A DNA stretch of 64,000 bases from Thecamonas trahens ATCC 50062. Its lineage: Eukaryota; Protista; Apusomonadida. This document shows, in pieces, positions 10,626-21,200 of this stretch (the stretch's first letter is position 1; every line of letters begins with the position of its first letter). The notes beneath the pieces are model-generated. The model was given only the letters and a program-made list of their open reading frames with translations. It was not told the origin of the DNA and made no database searches. The stretch spans positions 121,853-185,852 of the forward strand of contig NW_013657635.1 of assembly GCF_000142905.1 (NCBI RefSeq), given 5' to 3'. Made by a program: the position numbers and the translations under genes.

Positions 10626-12197
10626 ATGTCGCGAGACGGGGTCGAGGCGGAGCAGAAGTTTGGGCTGGCGCATGGGCAGGCTGGCTTGAGGGCGAGCGGG
10701 AGCGAAGGAGCTGGGCTGTCTGGAGCGGTCTCTGTGAGCTGCGGCGGAGGGACGTACACGGGAGAGATGGTGGACGGGGCATTCCATGGCACGGGAACCT
10801 TTGTCTCCTCAGCCTTTACCTACACCGGCGGATGGGTTGCGGATGCCATGCATGGCCACGGCGATCTGGTCCTGGCTGATGGCTCGTCCTATGTTGGCTC
10901 CTTTGCCCACAACATGTACCACGGATCGGGCAAGCTGGTCCTCGCCGATGGTGAGTCGTATGACGGAGACTGGGTCCATCACGTCCGCTGTGGCCGCGGC
11001 ACGCTGGTCTTGCCAAACGGCGCTGGCTGGTACGCGGGATGCTGGCTCGATGGCAGCATGCACGGGCGCGGCGAGGCCCTGCTCGCCGATGGCTCGCGCT
11101 ACACCGGCGACTGGTACGCAGGCGTCATGCACGGCTCGGGCACAATTGTCGCTGCCGATGGCACCGCGTACGTGGGCAGCTTTGATAATGGTGTCCGTGC
11201 TGGCTCGGGCACCCTCACCGCCACGGGTCGGGTGTACTCGGGGGAGTGGGCGGCTGGCGCGCCCCATGGCACCGGCACGCTCATCTTTGACGACGGCCGC
11301 TCGTACGACGGCGAGTGGGACGCCGGCCGCCCGCACGGCAAAGGCGTTTTTCGCTTTGCCGATGGCGCGTCGTACTCGGGCCACTGGGAGCACGGCGTGC
11401 TCCTCGACGACGGCGCTGTCTTTGTCTCGGCCTCGGGCGAGCAGTATGCGCATGCCTGGGCACATCTCGCTGCAGGCTCTGCTGGGCCGCCACGCCCACC
11501 GCCGCCGCCAGAGACACATACATGGCTGCCGCAGGCGGCATCAGCTGGTAGTCTTGGCGGGCGTGCTCACCTCGCCGCTCCCGCCTCCGGACCCAAGCAG
11601 GGCGCTGTGCCCGCGTGTGCCGAGGCAGGCCAGCCGGCTGCTAGCCCTGGCCCAGCGCCTGACCCGGTCCCCGGTCACCATCGCGGACTCAACAGAGATG
11701 TTATGGACCTCGAAGAGGCCTCGCGCGGCCTCCCAGCGCCGTACACCTGGTACGATCCGGTTGTGCACTCGCTCTCGTGCAAGCTTATGGACCGCCGCGC
11801 CGCGCTGGCGGCCACACTTCGTGAGTACGACGTGTCGCGGACCCGCCACGGCTTCCTTCCGCTGGCGCGAGTCCGGCAGGCTCTGCGAAACATTGGCATT
11901 CGTCTCGATGCCGACGAGTACGACTTTGTGCTCGCCATGTTTGGTCCAAACTCGCAGTGGATCAACACAGACGACCTCGTCCGCTTTGTCACCACCGCCG
12001 AGCGCGAGTGGCACCGCCGCCACCCCCACCATGGACCGTCGCTCCATCAGCCACGCCGTCTTTCGCGCGCCGCTCGCCAAGCCCGCGCCGATGCCGCCGC
12101 ATTCACCGAGCTCGACGACGATGACTGCGCCAGCGACGACAGCGACTGCCTCGCAGACGTCGACGCCGAGTCTGGCCTCATGTTTGTCGAATTGTGA
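10626..12197 (+). CDS. MORN-repeat protein with C-terminal EF-hand-like region
   Basis: About 9-10 YxGxWxxxxxHGxG repeats. C-terminal YDVSRTRHGFLPLARVRQAL...INTDDLVRF is a degenerate EF-hand pair. Confidence 0.88.
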   Translation: MSRDGVEAEQKFGLAHGQAGLRASGSEGAGLSGAVSVSCGGGTYTGEMVDGAFHGTGTFVSSAFTYTGGWVADAMHGHGDLVLADGSSYVGSFAHNMYHGSGKLVLADGESYDGDWVHHVRCGRGTLVLPNGAGWYAGCWLDGSMHGRGEALLADGSRYTGDWYAGVMHGSGTIVAADGTAYVGSFDNGVRAGSGTLTATGRVYSGEWAAGAPHGTGTLIFDDGRSYDGEWDAGRPHGKGVFRFADGASYSGHWEHGVLLDDGAVFVSASGEQYAHAWAHLAAGSAGPPRPPPPPETHTWLPQAASAGSLGGRAHLAAPASGPKQGAVPACAEAGQPAASPGPAPDPVPGHHRGLNRDVMDLEEASRGLPAPYTWYDPVVHSLSCKLMDRRAALAATLREYDVSRTRHGFLPLARVRQALRNIGIRLDADEYDFVLAMFGPNSQWINTDDLVRFVTTAEREWHRRHPHHGPSLHQPRRLSRAARQARADAAAFTELDDDDCASDDSDCLADVDAESGLMFVEL

Positions 12198-12564
12198 CCG
12201 ATCATGGCGTGTTCAGCACACCGTTATCCGGCAAGCACAATCTGTCTAGCGAGCTGAAGGCATGTCACCCGGCCCCGTTATACGCAACGAGATTCCGTCG
12301 AGAGGCTGCTTCCACCGCACCATACACAATGTGCGATGGGGTTGGACACGGCAATCATCGGACAGCGCACCCTCTATTGATACCCAAGCGTGTGTTGCAT
12401 GATCATTAACGCATTCCAATCTCCCAAGCTCGACCATGTTCACCACCATGCCCACCTTGTCACGCTGATTGCCGATTGGCAGGCAGCAGCAGCACCCGCC
12501 GCCGCCACCGCACCGTTCTCGTCCACTGCTAGCCCACACGTGTCGCGACAAGCACCACACACAC

Positions 12565-15011
12565 ATGGACGGCTTCCTCGACGGACAGGTCGACTGTGGT
12601 CCCGGGGGCAATGCCCTGTCACAGATGATGGACGCCGTGACCGGGGGGCAGGCAAGGACATTGTATGTGTGCATCTTCCGTGTGGACGGTGTGTGTGGTG
12701 GGGGGGGGGGGGGGAGGGGGGGCAGGAGTGGGGGAGGGTGGGGAGGGTGGACAGGTCGCACACACTCAGTGGGATGGTGGGGATGGTGGGGGGCGGGGAC
12801 GTGGGGTCGGGGGGACAGGGTATGGGAGGGGGGGGGCAGGATGGGGAGGTGGGGAGGGTGGACAGGTCGCACACACTCATGGGATGTGGGGATGTGGGGG
12901 CGGGGGACGTGGGGTCGGGGGGACAGGGTATGGAGGGAGGACATGCGCAGGCTGCGGCACAGGCACAGGCGCAGGCGCAGGCGCAGGCTGTGGCACTGGC
13001 TGAGGCGCATGCACGGGCGGCTGGTGGTGGCGGTGGAGGCGGTAGTGGTGGTGGTGGTGGTGGTGGCCTCGCCGGCCCGCCGCTGCCGGCTGGAGCGATG
13101 GGCGCAGTGGGTGCGGGGGCTGGCTTTGATGCCGGCGAGTTCTACTCGCAGCAGCAGATGGAGGCGCTGTGGCGGATGCAGGCAGCGGCAGCGGCTCAGG
13201 CGCAGGCTCAGGAGAGTGCGCAGGGCGCGGTAGCGCAGGGCGGGGGACGAGCCAAGCCCGCGCCCGGGCTGGGCATGGGCCCGATGGCCGGGATGATGGG
13301 CATGGGCCCGATGGCTGGGATGATGGGCATGGGCCCGATGGCGGGGATGATGGGCATGGGCCCGATGGCAGGGATGGCGGGTGTGGGCCCACAACAGATG
13401 CTGATGGGTGGTGGCGCTGCTGCTGCGGCGCCGCAGTCGCACATTGCGTCGCTCTTTCAGCCGTCGGCAGCGCCACAGCGCCCGGCACCGCAGCCGGTAG
13501 ATGAGGCCCTCGCCGAGGAAAGCGGCGAAATGGCAAGTGAGGCGCCGCAGGACTCGTGGACCCGGCAGTTTATCAATGAGCGCAACCAGACGCGGCTTGC
13601 CGAGCACGACATCTCGACCGACGAGCTGCAGCAGCTGTCGCGGGCGGTTGTGGACGGAATTGAAGACCCGCGAGTGAAGAACTCGGACCTCATCAAATTC
13701 CTCAACAAGGTCGCTGACGGCTCTGTCCGCTTTGAAGGCGGCGAGATGGTGACCGGCGAGGCGACTGGCGCGGCGGCGGCGAGCACGGCGGCGACGCCTG
13801 CCCTGGGCGCGGCGGCGACGCCGAAGTCGGCAGCGGCACTTGTCGACAACCTGCTTGCCAGACATGCTCCGGAGAGCTCTGTGAACGCAGCTTCGGAAGC
13901 AGGCGCGGTCGAGGCGGAGGCTGCGGCTGCGGCTGCAGATGCGACAACGCCGGCCGAGGCAGCGGAGGCAGAGGCATCAGCGTGGGGCGCAGCGGCGGCG
14001 GCGGCCAAGGGCTACCACTTTCAAAAGACCAACCCGTACCTCGCGTCGCAGGCCGAGACGCCGGCCGAGATGAGCGCGCTGGAGCGCGGGATGGAGCTGC
14101 TGAAGACCGGCAACATCGCTGAAGCCATTCTTGCGTTTGAGGCTGCGGTGGTGGAGGACGAGTCGTCGCTGGCGTGGCAGATGCTTGGCCTCTCGCACGC
14201 AGAGAACGACAAGGACTACTACGCGGTGCTGGCGCTGGAGCGGGCGGTGGCGCTCGACGCGCACAACAACGAGGCGCTGATGCACCTTGCGGTGGCGTAC
14301 ACCAACGAGTCGAACCGGGCCAAGGCGCTCGAGGTGCTCGAGCAGTGGATCCGGCAACACCCCGAGTACCGCCACATCGACTTTGACTCTGTGTCGTCGG
14401 CCGACCCGTTTGGGGCATCCGAGGCCGACACGGCGGGCATGCCGGATCTCTCGGACCCTGCCGAGGTTGCGTTCTACCAGCACTTTACGGCGTACTGGAA
14501 GTCGTCGCTCGAGTCGCACGCGAGGGTCACCAACATGTTCCTGGAGGCTGTGCGGTCTAACGCGTCGTCCGGAGCCGGGCTCGACGCCGATGTCCAGGTC
14601 GGCCTCGGCATCCTGCTTAATCTCTCGCACGAGTTTGACAAAGCTGCCGAGTGCTTTGCCGCTGCGCTGCAGTCTCGACCGGACGACTACATGCTGTGGA
14701 ACAAGCTCGGGGCGACGCTCGCCAACTCGTCACGGTGCGAAGAGGCGCTCGACGCCTACCATAACTCGCTGCTGATCAACCCGTCGTATGTGCGGGCCAA
14801 GGTCAACATGGGCATTTCCTGCTCGAACCTCAAGGACTTTGCCGCGGCCGCCGTCCACTACCTCGGCGCGCTGACCATGGAGCCGCGGTCGCAGGCCGAG
14901 CACATCTGGCACCTGCTGCGGATGTCGCTCGCGCTCATGGACCGCGAGGACCTGGTCAAGCTCAGCTACGAGGGCAACCTCGACGCGTTCCGGGCCCACT
15001 TTCACTTTTAG
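12565..15011 (+). CDS. PEX5: Peroxisomal PTS1 receptor PEX5, spliced (exon 1 from 12565 to 12651 or 12662; exon 2 from about 12927)
   Basis: Exon 1 MDGFLDGQVDCGPGGNALSQM carries the conserved N-terminal Cys. Also WxxxF (WTRQF), a PEX7-binding-like NSDLIKFLNKVADGSV segment, YHFQKTNPY, and TPRs with LWNKLGATLANS and YVRAKVNMGISCSNL. Confidence 0.95.
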
Positions 15012-16891
15012 CTGCTCGCGGTTGCTGGCCCGCGGTCGAGTGGGAGCCAGTCGTCGGCCCAGAGCTCGCCGTCGTATCGGCCCAGCAGATGCGGGGCGAC
15101 CGAGGGCACGCTCGGCTCGTCGGCGGCACCGGGCTGGTGCGCCAGCAGCTCGGCGAGCTGAGCGGTGGCACGCTCGCCGCGGGCGGCAGGCGTGTCTGAG
15201 AGCTCGCCACGACGGACTGCATCCATAACCTCGGCCATGGTCATGCGTGCCTCTGCGGTGCTTTCCATGCCGTCGTCGAAGAGCTCGGTGTACGAGCGCG
15301 GGTAGCGGAGGGCGGCGCGACCGCCGGCGGCGGCCGTTGCTGCAGCTGCAACCTCGTAGAAGGTATGTGCGCCGGTTGGGACGAGGAAGGCGAGCGAGGC
15401 GGCGCGGATAAGAGCGGGCGCGACCCGCGGTGCTATGAGGCCGCCAAAGGTCATGTACCGAAGCGTGCAGCCGGAGACGCCGGTGACGAGCGGGATGCCG
15501 AGGTTGGCCAGAACGCGGACGGTCTTGTTTGCGGCGATGAGGGTGCACAGCCGCGCAGCGTCGATCCAGGGCACAGCGAGTGGGCCGTGCGGCGACTCCA
15601 GTTGCTCCTCCCAGGCGGTGAGCGAGCCGCCGACTGCGGCAAAGGCTGCGCGGGAGGCATGTGACCATGCATCGCGCTCGCTGACGCCTGTGGCAGCGCG
15701 CATGGCGTTCTGGGCGCGGGTGAGCCTGTGGCGGGTCATCCGGGCCAGCTCCTCGCCGGACGGATAGTCTGCGCTGTGGAGCTTGGCCAGCAGCTCGAGG
15801 TCCCAGCCGCAGCGCGTCGCAATGTCGTTGAGCGCGGCATGCTCGAGGGAGACGAGGTCGGGCGCGAGGATGCGGGTGATAAAGCAGTGAAAGTGGGTGA
15901 GGAGTGTGCGGACGGTGTCGGCGTCGGGCACCACGCGGGTATCGCCCTCCCACACGGCGCGGAGGCGGGCTGGATCTGCGCCGACCCGGCCGGAGAACGG
16001 CAGGTCGAGCGGGGTGGCGGTGAGGGCGAGGAGCTCGTCGAGCGGTGGGCCGATCTCGGCTCGCTCCTTCATGTAAAGATAAGCGGCGTCGCGGATGGCG
16101 ACACACGCGTCGCGGACCATCGAGTGGGCTGTCAGCGCGTTGCAGACTCGCTGCTCATAGCTTCGGCGGAGCTCGCACAGCGTCGACGCAGCGGCCCCGG
16201 CGGCAGCGCGGGAAGCCTCAACGTCTTCCATCTCGGCGGCGGCGTCCCCGATGGGCGGGACGGTGGCTTGATGAGCGTCGGGTGAGGTGGCGTCGACGAC
16301 CGGCAGCCGCTGCACGCCGACAACCTCGTGCAGGTACAGCCCGTCGAGGACGACCTGGGCGTTGACGCCATGCGGCGGCGGCAGCGTGTCGATGAATATG
16401 GCCTCCCACGAGCGCTCGATGTCGCAGTGCGGAACGTCTGGATCGGCGGCATCAAGCGGGCGGCCGTCGGGCGAGACCGGAAAGCCGTAGAGAACGCTCT
16501 GATCCCAGGCAGCAAAGTCGGAGACGAGCAGGCGATCGGGCGGGATGCGGGCGTGGATGACGACGCTGGGCTCTGTGGCGGGATAAGTAGGCGGAGAGAG
16601 CCAAGCCCAGAGCGGATAGTTGAGCGATGCAGCGGGAATGCGGCGAGCCATGGCGGCGATCATCCACTCGTAGCCGGCGGCAAACGAGTCAAAGCCGTCT
16701 TGGCTTGGAATGGCCTCGGCGGCATCGCCAAAGACCACGCCACGATTGCGAAGCAGCTCCCACACAGCGTCAACCTGCTGGGTGTAGACATCGACTAGCG
16801 GCGGCTCTGGTGGCCCTTCTCCTCCTTGAGACGGGCTGTACGAGGTGTTTGACGCCATGGGGAGTGGTACGGGCTCTCCCTTGCTAGCCAT
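15008..16891 (-). CDS. DUF3841-like N-terminal domain fused to an S-HxxxE (LnaB-like AMPylase/toxin-type) C-terminal domain
   Basis: N-terminal VYTQQ..VWELL, AGYEWMIAAMARRI, YPLWAW, LLVSDFAAWD, IERSWEAIF. C-terminal IPLVTGVSGCT...LAFLVPTGAHTFYEV. Confidence 0.65.
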   Translation of the reverse strand: MASKGEPVPLPMASNTSYSPSQGGEGPPEPPLVDVYTQQVDAVWELLRNRGVVFGDAAEAIPSQDGFDSFAAGYEWMIAAMARRIPAASLNYPLWAWLSPPTYPATEPSVVIHARIPPDRLLVSDFAAWDQSVLYGFPVSPDGRPLDAADPDVPHCDIERSWEAIFIDTLPPPHGVNAQVVLDGLYLHEVVGVQRLPVVDATSPDAHQATVPPIGDAAAEMEDVEASRAAAGAAASTLCELRRSYEQRVCNALTAHSMVRDACVAIRDAAYLYMKERAEIGPPLDELLALTATPLDLPFSGRVGADPARLRAVWEGDTRVVPDADTVRTLLTHFHCFITRILAPDLVSLEHAALNDIATRCGWDLELLAKLHSADYPSGEELARMTRHRLTRAQNAMRAATGVSERDAWSHASRAAFAAVGGSLTAWEEQLESPHGPLAVPWIDAARLCTLIAANKTVRVLANLGIPLVTGVSGCTLRYMTFGGLIAPRVAPALIRAASLAFLVPTGAHTFYEVAAAATAAAGGRAALRYPRSYTELFDDGMESTAEARMTMAEVMDAVRRGELSDTPAARGERATAQLAELLAHQPGAADEPSVPSVAPHLLGRYDGELWADDWLPLDRGPATASS

Positions 16892-16950
16892 GAGTCCATC
16901 GATCGAGTTGGGTGTGGGTGGGTGTGGGCAAGGGGAGGGGGGTGGGTGGG

Positions 16951-17078
16951 GGGGTATGGTGGGGTATGGTGGGGTATGATGGGGTATGATGGGGTATGAT
17001 GGGGTATGATGGGGTATGATGGGGTATGATGGGGTATGATGGGGTATGATGGGGTATGATGGGGTATGATGGGGTATG
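16951..17078. repeat. 10-bp tandem repeat (ggggtatgat), about 13 copies, in a divergent promoter region
   Basis: Directly visible. Confidence 0.97.
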
Positions 17079-17174
17079 GCCCCTTTGGCCAGTCCCCAGA
17101 CCCCCAGCCGTGCTCGTCAGCCACCACCCCGTCCCCCCCCCCCCCTCCCCCCCCCCCTCTCCCACACATCCCAC

Positions 17175-17885
17175 ATGGGCGCAAGTGCATCCCGCCTGAC
17201 AAAGGCTGCCGGAGAGGTCGCTGCTGTGGCCGAGAGCCGGGCTGGAGAGGCCCGCGCCGCCGCCCGCGCCGCCGAGTCAGCCGCCCGTGCCGCCAAAGAC
17301 GCCGCCGCCATTGCCGCCCAGAACGCTGCTGGTGCGTCGGACAGAGCTAGAGCCGATCCCGGGAGAGGAGCGAGCGTAGGCAAGGACGCCGAGGACGATC
17401 TGGATCGCCCGAGCAGAGAGGCGACCGATGATGCCGCGCTGCTGGCCAACATGGCAGCGTTGGAGGTGGAGGCTTACGTGGACACAAGCGTCAACGCCCA
17501 TCGCCATACGCCCGAGGCCGTGGCCAAGCGCCAGGCGGAGGCTGCAAAGGGCGGACGCCCGCTGCCGCAGTCGCGCCAGGCCTCGCCATCGCCTGGCGAG
17601 CTGTGGGGCGGAGTCCGTGGCAACGCCGTCACCCCGGGCTTCCTCAACGAGAACCAGCTCCGTGCCCTCCTCTCCGAGGACCTCGCCGCCGCCGACATCG
17701 ATGCCCTTGCCACAAGCTACCGCCTCAACGCAGACTCGCTCGCCGCGGTCATCAAGCACCACGCCCTCTACGAGCCCATCCCCGACGAGGACGGCACCCT
17801 CCGCGGCTACTGGGTCGTCCCGCCGCTCTCCCCCAAGCAGCAGCTACTCCTCGACGAGGTGCGCAGCTTGAATGAGCAAAGATAG
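17175..17885 (+). CDS. NDUFAF4: NDUFAF4-like complex I assembly factor
   Basis: N-terminal MGASASR (myristoylation-type), RPLPQSR, and PGFLNENQLRALL...IDALATSYRLNADSLAAVIKH follow the NDUFAF4/UPF0240 pattern. Confidence 0.65.
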   Translation: MGASASRLTKAAGEVAAVAESRAGEARAAARAAESAARAAKDAAAIAAQNAAGASDRARADPGRGASVGKDAEDDLDRPSREATDDAALLANMAALEVEAYVDTSVNAHRHTPEAVAKRQAEAAKGGRPLPQSRQASPSPGELWGGVRGNAVTPGFLNENQLRALLSEDLAAADIDALATSYRLNADSLAAVIKHHALYEPIPDEDGTLRGYWVVPPLSPKQQLLLDEVRSLNEQR

Positions 17886-18143
17886 GCCGCCCAATGCCGC
17901 CACGACTGCCCCCCATGACTACCACCACCATGACCACCACCATGACTACCACCCCATCGATCCTTCTCTCCATGTGCGGCCCTCAGCGCCCTCCTCCCCC
18001 CCTCCCTCCCCCCCCCCCACTCCCAGTCTCCTTCCCTTTCCCCAACCCCAATCTGCCATCAACACATCGCCGCTCGATCGCGGCTGCCGAGCGAGCGACG
18101 GCCAACTCGCGCCGTCCACCCCCCGCCCCCCCCTCCCCCCCCC

Positions 18144-18243
18144 NNNNNNNNNNNNNNNNNNNNNNNNNNNNNNNNNNNNNNNNNNNNNNNNNNNNNNNNN
18201 NNNNNNNNNNNNNNNNNNNNNNNNNNNNNNNNNNNNNNNNNNN
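18144..18243. other. Assembly gap (100 N)
   Basis: N run flanked by poly-C tracts. Confidence 0.99.
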
Positions 18244-18284
18244 CGCCACCCCACCCCACCCCACCACCCCACCCCCGCATACAC

Positions 18285-21200
18285 ATGGCAGTCTCCTATG
18301 ACGACGAGGATGCACTGACCAACATCATGGCTCCACAGGCGAGGGCCGTTGACGACGGCGACGTGGTCATGGTCGTCCGGACTGCTGGCGGAGTCGGCCG
18401 GGCGGTGCGGAGCTCCCAGGTTCTAACATCGTCGTCGCTGGCGCATGATTCGGGCGATGCGGCTGCTGCCCAGCGAAAGGAGGCGGCGCGGAACGAGGAA
18501 AATGGCGACGTGATGCTTGATGATGCGGTTGTCACCGGTCCGGCCCTCCCCAAGCCCAGATCGACGCTCGGGAGGCACGTGACCGAGTCGCTGATGACCC
18601 TCACTATCGAGGTTTTCGATCGCCATCCCGTCACCGGAGTCGAGGCGCTCTTCATCTCGCGCAAGCTGCAAGAGGTCGACCCCTTGTGGACCGTCAATCA
18701 GCTGGCAGATGTCATCAACGAGTCCATCCTCCACTCGGACCCTACCAAGACGCCCGAACAGGGATGGGCTGTCTTTCGCCCTGGGACGCCGAGGACGACG
18801 GCCTCGGCCGTGCAGAGAATGTTGCCAAGCACCTCGACATCGACTTTGTCGCAAAGTACCTACAGGGCCCGCGGACACTCAAGTTTTACTCCATCAAGAC
18901 CCGCTCACGCTTGCACTACAAGATGCGCCGCCGTGCTGTCAAGTTCCACATCTTTGGCTCCTTACGCACCGTCCTCATCGATGAGTCGTGGCGCGTCTAC
19001 CGCATCGTCAAGGAAATCGGCTCCGTCCTCGGCCTCCGCGCCCCTGACGAGTACTCGCTCAAGGTCGAGGACGACCCGCACCACCCCGAAAAGCACTGGC
19101 TTCGCGGCGCGCAGACCCTGCCGGAGCAGCGCATTCCGCTCGATGTCACCTGGGACTCGGCCGGCGAAGAGGTGCCGCCGCCAGTCCTCCACTTTAAGAA
19201 GAAGCTCTTCTTCAAGCACACGCCCAACTTTGATCCAACCAACCCCGAGGCCATGTTCATCTACTACCAGCAGTGTACAGCCATGGTCCTCTCGTGCGAG
19301 CTCTACACCTCGCGAACCGAGGCTGTCCTCTTTGCTGCCCTCCAGCTCCTCATCCGCGACTCGGGCTACAACCCGCAGTTGCACGACCTCCCGGGCTTTG
19401 TCAAGCGCTGGTCTGACTGCTGCCCCGCCCACGTCATCCCATCCAAGGCCAAGGCCAAGAGCCGGCTAGAAGACGCGGTCCGCTCTACCATGCACCGATT
19501 CAAGGCCTACTCGCGCGAGCAACTCATCGTCAAGTACGTTAAGCTCTGCCGCGCATCCAAGTTCTTCGGCTGGGCCAACTGGCCCATCAAAGAGCAGGTC
19601 CGCTCCGGCCGCAAGTATCGCTTTGTTGCCCGTGTCCTCTCCATCTCGGGCAAGGGCGTGCGCTTGCTTGATCCGGCCAAGCACAACGACGTCGTCGTCA
19701 GTCATCCATGGACAGAGGTCGTCGCTGTCGGCGGCATCACCATCAACCGCGGCTTTGGCCTCATGTTTGACTTTTCCCGCGGCAACGCTCTCCGCATCCA
19801 GGTCCAGATGGAGGACCAGACCGCGCTCACCGAGGCCTCGCAGTATGTTGCAGACTACATGCGCATGATGGTCCTCCTCGAGCGCAACAAGAAGAAGCGC
19901 CTGGCTCAGGCCCGTGACGATGTTTGGGGCCCGCTTGCGGTCGGCTTCCAGATGCCTCCAGCTCACCAGCGCTCCGGCCGCATCCCGGCCTGCTCTGCGG
20001 GCGCAAAGTCGGTCGTCGCCTCGATGCAGCTCGCCATGCTCGACGACGAGGCGCCGGCCTCCGCTGGCGGTGCCATTGTCCCTGACATTCCTAAGCAAAA
20101 CGTGCCCATCGTCGACCACGAGACCGATGAGACTGCCGCCGTCGGCGCCGTCTCTACCGTTGCCTCGACTCTCAACAAGTCGGCCGCCGCAAGCAGGGAT
20201 CTCCACACTACCGTCATTATGGACGACGACGACATCGCAACCAAGACGACCCATGACAAGTCGTGGGATGTCATTGCCCTCGACTCGGACGACGACAACG
20301 AGATATCCAAGCTCCTTGCTCAGGCCGATGCCCAAGACAACGTTGCCGTCCTCTCGGCCTCGCTCGCCGTCTCGACCAACGAGCTCCTCCATGCGTCGGC
20401 GCTCGACGACCCGCTTATGATCGACCCGTCTGCCCTACTCGCCGCAGCCCAAGGCCTGGCCGACATGCTCGCCTCGCTGACCGAGGCCACTGCCACAGCA
20501 GCCGGTGTTGCCGCCTCCCCCGAGACCGCGCACGCCCTCGCTGAGGCCCACAAGTCGGTCCAGTCCTCAACCGCAGGCCTGGTTGCGGCCGCCACTGATG
20601 TTGCGGCTGCCGCCGTGGACCACCACGCCAAACTCGCCACCTGCAAGTCGGATGATCCCAAGGAAGATCTCATGGCCCTGTACGAGATCACCGACTCGGA
20701 CTCAGGCTCGGACTCAGACTCGAACGACTCGGAGGATGGTACTCAGGAGGGGAACGCGACTGCCGCAGGCGCGAGCGACGGTCTCCGCTCTCGCGAAGCC
20801 AAGCTCAAGGCTGCCACCGCCATCGACATCTCCAGCCTCATGGCCGCCGCATCCCAGGTCGGCAGCTCGGTCTCGGGCCTGCTGGCCACCTCGGGCGTCG
20901 CTACCTCGACCGAGCGCCAAGTTGAACGCCTCGGTCGCATGGCAGAAGCCGTCACCGAGGCTGCGCTCGACCTCACCGACGCCTGCATCAACTTTTTCCC
21001 GGATGAGCTGCCGCTCACCGAGGCCGCCATTCTCGAGCGCCGCCTCTGCTCGCTCGGCCGTTTGGTCGCCAGTACGAGTCGATGGTCCGCGCCTCGGCGC
21101 CTAACATCAAGGTGCCGGACGTCCACAACTCGCTGCTGGTCAAGGGTGCCCAGTTGCTGGAAATGATGCGCATTGCAACTGGAGCCATCCCGGCTCACTA

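Noticed and set aside
12390-12926. ORF-track N-terminus of PEX5, and similar upstream extensions at 35807, 51988 and 62114
   Set aside because: These are read-through of intron or intergenic repeats from non-ATG or spurious starts. Conserved N-termini start elsewhere.
16951-17078. (ggggtatgat)n as a telomeric repeat
   Set aside because: It is internal, short, lies between two genes and is not a recognised telomere unit.
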